Origin: an uncultured beta proteobacterium
GTDB taxonomy: Bacteria > Pseudomonadota > Gammaproteobacteria > Burkholderiales > SG8-39
NCBI GenBank assembly: GCA_903928055.1
Contig: CAIYPG010000046.1
Location: 2,639-66,638, forward strand
Length of the DNA: 64,000 bases
Reading direction: 5' to 3'
Shown here: positions 57,116-64,000 of the stretch, piece after piece
Numbering within the stretch: position 1 is the stretch's first letter
Layout: each line of letters starts with the position of its first letter
The notes under the pieces: generated by a model
Told to the model about the DNA's origin: nothing
Database searches by the model: none
The model's input: the letters and a program-made list of their open reading frames with translations, nothing else
Translations under genes and position numbers: made by a program

Positions 57116-58201
57116 ATGCAGCCTGACATTCGGAAAGCCGTTGGCGCCAGTGCGCGTACCGCCAAACCCCAGCCATTGATCGCAATTACCACCGGCGAGC
57201 CGGCGGGCATCGGTCCTGACATCTGTGTCGCGCTGGCTGCGCAATCTGCTTCATCCCTGTCCGCGCTGCCTGCGCGCATTGTTTTCCTCGGAGACCGCAC
57301 ACTCCTTGCCGACCGGGCGCGCCAGCTCGGCATCACGATTGCCATACGTGACTATCAGCCGGCTTCCTTGCCGGAGCCGGGGATGCTCGATGTCGTGCAT
57401 GTGCCGCTGGTGGCGGCCTGCCGTGCAGGGGCACTTGATCCGGCCAATGCGCGTTATGTGCTCGCGCTGCTGGAGGCGGCTGCCGATGGCTGCGCGAGCG
57501 GAACCTATGCCGCCATGGTCACGGCACCGGTGCACAAGGGCGTCATCAACGATGCGGGCATCCCTTTTACCGGCCATACCGAATTCCTGGAAGCGCGCGC
57601 CCATGTGCCGGGCGTGGTGATGATGCTGGCGGGTGGCGGTTTGCGCGTGGCACTGGCCACCACCCATTTTGCACTGGCCGATGTGCCCGCAGCGCTGACG
57701 CGCACCGGGCTGGAACGCACTCTGCGCATCCTGGTTGCGGAATTGACGCGCCGTTTCGGCATTGCCGAGCCGCGCATCCTTGTGGCGGGGTTGAATCCGC
57801 ACAGCGGCGAGGGCGGGCATCTGGGCCGCGAGGAAATCGATGTCATCACGCCGGTGCTGGATCGCCTGCGCGCCGAGGGCATGCGCCTGGAGGGCCCACT
57901 GCCTGCCGACACGATGTTTGTGCCGACGCGCCTCGCCACGGCCGATTGCGCGCTTGCGATGTATCACGACCAGGGCCTGCCGGTGCTGAAGTACGCGAGC
58001 TTCGGCGGCGGGGTCAACATCACGCTGGGACTGCCGTATATCCGCACCTCGGTTGATCACGGCACTGCGCTTGATCTTGCCGGCAGGGGCGGCGCCGAAA
58101 CCGGCAGCCTGCTGGCGGCGATCAACATGGCGGTGGAAATGGTCCAGGCCACCCGGGGGAAGTTACCCGAAGCAGGCGCACCCAAAGCAGGCGGCGCTTG
58201 A
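57116..58201 (+). CDS. pdxA: 4-hydroxythreonine-4-phosphate dehydrogenase
   Basis: ATG at 57116. IAITTGEPAGIGPDI, GLNPHSGEGG, TSVDHGTALDLAG. Confidence 0.9.
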   Translation: MQPDIRKAVGASARTAKPQPLIAITTGEPAGIGPDICVALAAQSASSLSALPARIVFLGDRTLLADRARQLGITIAIRDYQPASLPEPGMLDVVHVPLVAACRAGALDPANARYVLALLEAAADGCASGTYAAMVTAPVHKGVINDAGIPFTGHTEFLEARAHVPGVVMMLAGGGLRVALATTHFALADVPAALTRTGLERTLRILVAELTRRFGIAEPRILVAGLNPHSGEGGHLGREEIDVITPVLDRLRAEGMRLEGPLPADTMFVPTRLATADCALAMYHDQGLPVLKYASFGGGVNITLGLPYIRTSVDHGTALDLAGRGGAETGSLLAAINMAVEMVQATRGKLPEAGAPKAGGA

Positions 58202-59001
58202 GTCACCGCCCGCGCAAGCGCTTCGGCCAGAATTTTCTTGTTGATCGCAACGTTGTTGCGAACATCATTGCCGCTATCGCGCCCAAGGCAGGTGACCGGC
58301 TGGTGGAGATCGGACCAGGTCAGGGTGCGCTGACGGCACTGCTGCTGGCGCAACTTGACCATCTTGACGTCGTGGAGGTGGATCGCGACCTGTGCGCCGA
58401 ACTGGCCGTGCGTTTTCCGCAGGGCAAGCTCACGATCCACGAGGGCGACGCGCTGGAATTCGATTTCGGATCGCTGCCTGGGCCACTGCGCGTTGTCGGC
58501 AACCTGCCCTACAACATCTCCACCCCCATATTGTTTCATCTCGGAAAGTACGCAACGCATTGCCTCGATCTGCATTTCATGTTGCAGGAGGAGGTGGTGG
58601 AGCGCATGGCGGCGGCGCCATCGTCGGCAGCGTACGGCCGCCTGTCGGTGATGCTGCAATATCGCTTCGAGGTGACAAGGATGTTCGGCGTTCCGCCCGA
58701 AGCCTTCAAGCCCGCGCCCAAGGTGCACTCGGCGGTGGTGCGCCTGCGCCCGCTGTCCGATGCCGAGCGCGCTGCGCGCGGCCTGGCGAAGGACGAAGGG
58801 CGTTTTGCCGCGATCGTGACCGCCGCCTTCACGCAGCGGCGCAAGACCCTGCGCAATGCGCTGTCAGGTGCGGTGACTGCGGAAACCCTCGCTGCGCTGG
58901 GAATCGATGCCGGACTGCGTCCGGAGAATCTGTCCGTGGCCGACTATGTGGCCGTCGCGAATGCAGCGGTGGACAACGCGCCCGACACTCCGAACACTTA
59001 G
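58198..59001 (+). CDS. rsmA: 16S rRNA (adenine1518/1519-N6)-dimethyltransferase
   Basis: [31 protein letters not shown]. The TTG start overlaps the pdxA stop. Confidence 0.9.
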   Translation: MSHRPRKRFGQNFLVDRNVVANIIAAIAPKAGDRLVEIGPGQGALTALLLAQLDHLDVVEVDRDLCAELAVRFPQGKLTIHEGDALEFDFGSLPGPLRVVGNLPYNISTPILFHLGKYATHCLDLHFMLQEEVVERMAAAPSSAAYGRLSVMLQYRFEVTRMFGVPPEAFKPAPKVHSAVVRLRPLSDAERAARGLAKDEGRFAAIVTAAFTQRRKTLRNALSGAVTAETLAALGIDAGLRPENLSVADYVAVANAAVDNAPDTPNT

Positions 59002-59387
59002 CCGGGCTTGCGTTCGATGAACTCGATCTTGTAGCCGTCGGGATCCTCGACGAAGGCGATGACTGTCGTGCCATGCTTCATCGGACCGGCTTCACGCGTC
59101 ACCTTTCCGCCGCGTTCCCTGGTCAGTGCGCAGGCGCGGGCGGCATCATCCACTTCGAGGGCAATGTGCCCGTAGCCCGTGCCGACCTCGTATTTTTCCA
59201 CGCCCCAGTTGTAGGTGAGCTCGATGGCCGCGGCCTCCGATTCATCGGCATAGCCGACGAAGGCCAGCGTGAATTTTCCATCCGGATAATCACGCTTGCG
59301 GAGCAGGCGCATGCCCAGCACCTCGGTGTAGAAGCGGATTGAGCGGTCCAGGTCGCCGACGCGTAGCATGGTGTGCAGGATGCGCAT
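58998..59387 (-). CDS. gloA: lactoylglutathione lyase (glyoxalase I)
   Basis: [26 protein letters not shown].., 129 aa. Confidence 0.9.
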   Translation of the reverse strand: MRILHTMLRVGDLDRSIRFYTEVLGMRLLRKRDYPDGKFTLAFVGYADESEAAAIELTYNWGVEKYEVGTGYGHIALEVDDAARACALTRERGGKVTREAGPMKHGTTVIAFVEDPDGYKIEFIERKPG

Positions 59388-59399
59388 GTTTGTATCCTT

Positions 59400-60182
59400 T
59401 CAGATGATGGGCAGCAGACGTCCGCGCAGATTGAGCTCGCGACGGATCGCGGCGTAGTCCGGGCAGAGCCGGGCCACTTCGGCCCAGAAGCGCGGTGAAT
59501 GGTTGAGCTGGCGGATGTGCGCCAGCTCATGCGCCACCACGTAGTCGATCAGGTGTGGTGACATCAGATACAGCTTCCAGTGCAGCCGTATGCGCGCGCC
59601 TTCACCGCCCCGCAGGCGGGTGCAGCTGCCCCAGCGGCCGTTGGCGTTGGACAGGTGCACCGAAGGCGCTGCAACGCCGAGTTGTTCAGCGAGGGCGATT
59701 GACCGGTTCGCAAAGTGCATCAATGCCTCGTCGCGCAGCCAGGCGATGACCCGGGTGCGCCAGTCCCGGTGGGTGGTGCGACCACGATGGTCCTTGTCGC
59801 CGATGATGAGGCAGCTCTCGCGGAGCGCGATGCCGCAGTGTCCCGGCGCGTCGACCAACGGCACTTCGCCACCCAGCAGCGGCAGCCGGGCGCCGGCCTC
59901 CCACGCGAAGGTGGGCAACTCGCCGGCTTCGGACAGCCGCGCAACAATCCATTCCGCCTTCTGCCACATGAAACCTTCGATGTCAGAGAGCGGCACGGAC
60001 AGCGGTGCGCGCGTTTCGACGCCGTGGGCCCCGACATGGATCGAGATGCTGCGGCGGTGCGAGCGCACCAGCCGGTAGGGCAGGTTGCGGTCATCGAGTG
60101 CCAGTTCGCGCGACTCGGTGCCGGTGATGGCACGGTGGGCACGGCGGCGCGGGGCGCGCAGTTCGCGGCTTACTTCGGGCAC
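59400..60182 (-). CDS. M48-family metallopeptidase, DUF45/YgjP-like
   Basis: HELAH zinc motif (VVAHELAHIRQLNHSPRFW). There is no ATG downstream of plsC. GTG at 60182 preceded by GGAGG gives 260 aa and a 13-nt overlap with plsC. Confidence 0.65.
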   Translation of the reverse strand: MPEVSRELRAPRRRAHRAITGTESRELALDDRNLPYRLVRSHRRSISIHVGAHGVETRAPLSVPLSDIEGFMWQKAEWIVARLSEAGELPTFAWEAGARLPLLGGEVPLVDAPGHCGIALRESCLIIGDKDHRGRTTHRDWRTRVIAWLRDEALMHFANRSIALAEQLGVAAPSVHLSNANGRWGSCTRLRGGEGARIRLHWKLYLMSPHLIDYVVAHELAHIRQLNHSPRFWAEVARLCPDYAAIRRELNLRGRLLPII

Positions 60183-60880
60183 AGGACCTCCATGCGTTCC
60201 TCGATCCAGGCCTCCGCGCGGCGGTTGATCGTCCCGGCATCCAGCCCGGCGGTCTCGATGGCAGGGCCGATCTGCACGGTGATGAGTCCCGGCTTCTTCA
60301 GGAAGGCATTGCGCGGCCACAGCAGGCCGGCATTGTGCGCCACCGGCACCACGGGCACGCCGGCCTTTTCGGCCAGCCAGGCACCGCCGGAACGGTAGTT
60401 GCCGCGCTTGCCCGGCGGCATGCGCGTGCCTTCCGGGTAAATCAGTATCCAGAAGCCCTGTGCGAGGCGCACCTTGCCGTGCTCTGCGAGGCGCTTGAGC
60501 GCCGTCACGCCCTTGGAGCGGTCGATGGCGATCGGGCTCATCAGGGCCAGGCCCCAGCCGAAGAACGGGATCCACAGCAGCTCGCGCTTGAGCACCTGCA
60601 CATGCGGCGGGAGAATGAGCTGGAAGGCGATGGTCTCCCAGGCCGACTGGTGCTTGGACAGGATGACCGCCGGCCGGTCGGGCAGGTTCTCAAGTCCTTC
60701 GACGCGGTAACGGATGCCGAGCAGCACATGCGTCAGCACGACCACGATGCGCGACCAGCCGGAGATGATGCGGTAGCGGGTCAGCCGCGGCAGCGGAAAG
60801 GTGAGCACGGAGAGCACCGCGTACGGCGGGGTCAGCACCGCCAGCGAGAGCGCGAACAGCAGGGACCGGAGAAAAACCAC
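60170..60880 (-). CDS. plsC: 1-acyl-sn-glycerol-3-phosphate acyltransferase
   Basis: ILSKHQSAWE (HX4D-type block) and YPEGTR block, 236 aa. Confidence 0.85.
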   Translation of the reverse strand: MVFLRSLLFALSLAVLTPPYAVLSVLTFPLPRLTRYRIISGWSRIVVVLTHVLLGIRYRVEGLENLPDRPAVILSKHQSAWETIAFQLILPPHVQVLKRELLWIPFFGWGLALMSPIAIDRSKGVTALKRLAEHGKVRLAQGFWILIYPEGTRMPPGKRGNYRSGGAWLAEKAGVPVVPVAHNAGLLWPRNAFLKKPGLITVQIGPAIETAGLDAGTINRRAEAWIEERMEVLCPK

Positions 60881-60898
60881 CTGCCGCCTACTCGTCCA

Positions 60899-61432
60899 TC
60901 ATCCGCACAGCGCCTGCGATACCGCGGCGAGGTCCGGATGGATGATGGTGTTCTTCGGATAGCCGCCGTCGGCACGGGTCTTCTCGCCCTTGCCGGTGAG
61001 CACGAGGATGGGCTGGGCATCCACCGCATCGGCCGCCTGCAGGTCGCGCAGCGAATCGCCGACCAGCGGCGCTTCCGCCAGCGGCGTGTTGTAGCGCTCG
61101 CTGATCGCGAGCAGCATGCCCGGGTTGGGCTTGCGGCAGTAGGATTTCGAGACGTCGGTGTCGGGGCAGTAGAACACCGCTTCGATGCGCCCGCCAGCCT
61201 GGTTCACGGCGCGATGCATCTTGTTGTGCATGGCGTTGAGTGCCGCCATGTCGAACAGGCCGCGCCCCAGGCCTGCCTGGTTCGTGGCGACCACGCAGCG
61301 CCAGCCGTTCTGCGTCAGCCGTGCAATCGCATCCAGGCTGCCGGGAATGGGCTTCCATTCCTCGGGCGACTTGATGTACTGGTCGCTGTCGAAGTTGATC
61401 ACCCCATCGCGGTCCAAAATGATCAATTTCAT
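60899..61432 (-). CDS. gmhB: D-glycero-beta-D-manno-heptose-1,7-bisphosphate 7-phosphatase
   Basis: LIILDRDGVIN HAD motif I, ATNQAG, CxC-type zinc region YCPD..C.CRKP. Confidence 0.9.
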   Translation of the reverse strand: MKLIILDRDGVINFDSDQYIKSPEEWKPIPGSLDAIARLTQNGWRCVVATNQAGLGRGLFDMAALNAMHNKMHRAVNQAGGRIEAVFYCPDTDVSKSYCRKPNPGMLLAISERYNTPLAEAPLVGDSLRDLQAADAVDAQPILVLTGKGEKTRADGGYPKNTIIHPDLAAVSQALCG

Positions 61433-61477
61433 AATTTTATCTATTTTCCAATAGGATTTACATGAAAATTATGATCA
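61415..61477 (-). repeat. AT-rich 63-bp element, copy D
   Basis: The minus strand reads TGATCATAATTTTCATGTAAATCCTATTGGAAAATAGATAAAATTATGAAATTGATCATTTTG. It starts inside the glyS stop codon and contains the gmhB ATG and its first 6 codons. Confidence 0.75.
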
Positions 61478-63583
61478 TGAAGACAGCTTGGAAAGGTCGG
61501 CGACCTGGTTCATTTCGTCGCGCAGGTCGCGCAGCAGCGCGAGGCGGTTCTTGCGAACCTCCGGGTCTTCGGCCATCACCAAGACCGATTCGAAGAACGC
61601 GTCCACCGGCGACTTGAGCACGGCAAAGGCCTGCAGGTAGCCGGTGTAGTCGCCGGACTTGAACAGCGGCGTGGCCTGCCCCGAGGCTTTTTTCAGCGCA
61701 TCGAACAGATTGCGGTCTGCCGGATCGGACATGTCGGCGGCCTGCGCATTGCCAAAGGTTTCGCCCTTGGCTTCAGCCTGCTTGAGGATGTTCGCAACGC
61801 GCTTGTTCGCAGCCGCCAGGCTTTCGGCCTCGGGCAGGCTGGCAAAGGCGCGCACAGCAGCCAGTTGCAGCGGTACCTGGTCGAGGCGCGCCGGATTCAT
61901 GCACAGCACCGATTCGATCTCGTTTGATGAGTAACCGGCGTCGCGCAGGTAACTGCGCAGCCGTTCGAAGATGAAGAGATGAAGGCTGCCAAGTGCGCCG
62001 ACTGCATTTTCTAGCTTGTCAGCAGGAAAAGCAGAAATCGCCCAGCCGACTAGGTCATTTAGCTGCAGCGGCAACTTGCCCTCGATCAATATACGAATCA
62101 CGCCCAGTGCATGCCGCCGCAATGCAAACGGATCCTTGTCGCCGGTCGGTTGCTGGCCGATGCCGAACAGGCCGGCCAGGGTTTCCAGCTTGTCGGCCAG
62201 TGCGACTGCGGTGGCCACATTGTCCGTCGGCAGAGCGTCGCCGGCGAAACGCGGCCAGTAATGCTGCTCGATCGCGTCGGCGATGCGCGGATCTTCGCCG
62301 TCCGACAGCGCGTAGTAACGGCCCATCGTGCCCTGCAGTTCCGGGAATTCACCCACCATGTTCGTCACCAGGTCGGCCTTGGCGAGGTAGGCGGCGCGCT
62401 TCGCCAGACGGGCATCTGCACCCATCGCTTCGGCGATGGTGCCGGCGAGGTCATGCACGCGCTTGACCCGCTCGGCCTGGCTGCCGAGCTTGTTGTGATA
62501 GGTCACCGAGGCCAGTTGCGGGATGCGCTCTTCGAGCGTGGTCTTCTTGTCAGTCTCGAAGAAGAAGCGTGCATCGGCCAGGCGCGGGCGCACCACGCGC
62601 TGGTTGCCTTCGATGACGTTTGTCGCGTCGTCGAGGCGCATGTTGGAGACGATCAGGAACTGGTTCGTCAGCTTTCCTGCGCCATCGAACAGCGGGAAGT
62701 ACTTCTGGTTTGCGCGCATGGTCAGGATCAGGCATTCCTGCGGCACGGCAAGGAATTCAGCTTCGAATTGACCGACATAGACCGTAGGCATTTCCACCAG
62801 TGCGGTGACTTCATCGAGCAGCGGCGCAACGTTTTCCTCGGCGCCCAGCGATGCGCCGAGCTTCGCGGCGTGCTCACGCAACTGCTTTTCGATGTCACCG
62901 CGCCGCTCGTCAAAGCTGGCGATGACGCCGCCTTCGGCCAGGAGTTTCTGCGCGTATTCGTCTGCACTTTCCAGTTCGATGCTTTTGGCGCCCTGGAAGC
63001 GGTGGCCGTGAGTGATGCGGCCGGCAGAGAGGCCCAGCACTTTGACAGGAATCACATCCGAGCCGTGCAATGCAACCAGGCCATGGGCCGGGCGCACGAA
63101 GGACACGGTGGTGGCGCCATCGGCGAGCTGGTAGGCCATGACTTTCGGAATGGGCAGCTTTGCGATGGCCTCATCCAGCGCGACCTGCAGGCCCGTGGCC
63201 AGTGCCGCCCCGGGGATGGTCTGGTTGAGGAAGGCATATTCGGCATTGCCATCCATCGCGCGGGTTACGCCGCCGGGTGACGCGCCTTCCTTTTCGAGTC
63301 GCTTCAGCAAGGCCGGCGTTGGTTGGCCATCGGCACCGAAGGCGACCTTCGTAGGCATCAGCTTTTTGGATTCCTCTTTCGGCGGTGACTCCGCATGCAC
63401 GGATGGAATCAGTACCGCGAGGCGGCGTGGCGTGGCGAACGCTTTTGCGGCAACCGTCTTTGGTGCAAAGCCCGTTGCGACCAGTTTCTCGCGCAGGGTT
63501 TCCGCGAAGTTCAATCCGATCGTCGCCAATGCCTTCGGCGGCAGCTCTTCGGTGAACAATTCAACCAGCAGGGGCGCGCTCAT
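61475..63583 (-). CDS. glyS: glycine--tRNA ligase beta subunit
   Basis: ATG at 63583 ([19 protein letters not shown]) overlaps the glyQ stop. 702 aa. Confidence 0.95.
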   Translation of the reverse strand: MSAPLLVELFTEELPPKALATIGLNFAETLREKLVATGFAPKTVAAKAFATPRRLAVLIPSVHAESPPKEESKKLMPTKVAFGADGQPTPALLKRLEKEGASPGGVTRAMDGNAEYAFLNQTIPGAALATGLQVALDEAIAKLPIPKVMAYQLADGATTVSFVRPAHGLVALHGSDVIPVKVLGLSAGRITHGHRFQGAKSIELESADEYAQKLLAEGGVIASFDERRGDIEKQLREHAAKLGASLGAEENVAPLLDEVTALVEMPTVYVGQFEAEFLAVPQECLILTMRANQKYFPLFDGAGKLTNQFLIVSNMRLDDATNVIEGNQRVVRPRLADARFFFETDKKTTLEERIPQLASVTYHNKLGSQAERVKRVHDLAGTIAEAMGADARLAKRAAYLAKADLVTNMVGEFPELQGTMGRYYALSDGEDPRIADAIEQHYWPRFAGDALPTDNVATAVALADKLETLAGLFGIGQQPTGDKDPFALRRHALGVIRILIEGKLPLQLNDLVGWAISAFPADKLENAVGALGSLHLFIFERLRSYLRDAGYSSNEIESVLCMNPARLDQVPLQLAAVRAFASLPEAESLAAANKRVANILKQAEAKGETFGNAQAADMSDPADRNLFDALKKASGQATPLFKSGDYTGYLQAFAVLKSPVDAFFESVLVMAEDPEVRKNRLALLRDLRDEMNQVADLSKLSS

Positions 63584-64000
63584 TCGGCCTCCCGCTCGGC
63601 GAGTGCCGCTTTCAGCGCAGGCAGGTCCATGCCGAGGTGTTCCAGCGATCCCGGCTTGCACATCGGGAAGTCGGCGCGGACGCGTGAATCGAAATACGAC
63701 TGCGACACGCTGCGCGCCAGATTGCGGATGCGGCCGATGTAGGCGGCGCGCTCGGTGACCGAAATCGCGCCGCGTGCATCGAGCAGGTTGAAGGTGTGCG
63801 CGGCCTTGAGCACCTTTTCGTAGGCGGGCAGCGCGAGTTTGGCTTCCATCAGGCGTTTGGCTTCGGCTTCATGGTCGGTGAAATGCCGGAACAGCATCTG
63901 CGCATCGGAATGCTCGAAGTTGTAGGCTGACTGCTCCACTTCGTTCTGGTGATAGACGTCGCGGTAGGTGACGCCGGTCTTGCCCTCCTTGTCGCGGGTC
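63580..64000 (-). CDS. glyQ: glycine--tRNA ligase alpha subunit, 5' end beyond window
   Basis: C-terminal sequence ..[30 protein letters not shown]... The frame stays open to the window edge. Confidence 0.9.
   Translation of the reverse strand, partial: TRDKEGKTGVTYRDVYHQNEVEQSAYNFEHSDAQMLFRHFTDHEAEAKRLMEAKLALPAYEKVLKAAHTFNLLDARGAISVTERAAYIGRIRNLARSVSQSYFDSRVRADFPMCKPGSLEHLGMDLPALKAALAEREAE

Overview
This is a high-GC chromosomal core segment (roughly two-thirds G+C by eye). Gene content and synteny look like Betaproteobacteria/Burkholderiales; I cannot name the species. The blocks are almost all housekeeping: argH-algZ/algR-hemCDXY; rbgA-slyX; lrp divergent from leuA; a single 9-kb cyclic beta-1,2-glucan synthase gene; hemF-purD-(pagP)-purH-fis-dusB; ubiH-pepP; murU-amgK divergent from lptD-surA-pdxA-rsmA; gloA-DUF45-plsC-gmhB-glyS-glyQ. 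Small transporter and metabolic clusters lie between them (two Bug/TctC binding proteins, MFS, NRAMP, YadGH-type ABC-2). I found no rRNA, tRNA, CRISPR array, transposase, integrase or recognisable defence gene. The main signal that gene calls do not explain is a family of very AT-rich (about 17-30% GC) elements. Four copies align without gaps over exactly 63 bp, and two more are degenerate. They have TGAT-box modules 52 bp apart, a conserved 6-codon hydrophobic mini-ORF and, in three cases, GC-rich inverted-repeat flanks. One degenerate copy appears to lie in frame inside hemD, and one bridges the glyS stop and the gmhB start. I do not recognise this family. Other notable points are pagP interrupted by one in-frame TAG between purH and purD, a ~490-bp mosaic of nested palindromes between algR and hemC, a REP-like hairpin cluster after leuA, a Ser/Thr kinase fused to a cNMP-binding domain, and an ECF42-type sigma/YciI pair. 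All protein calls rest on my recognition of motifs in the supplied translations. No database search was run.
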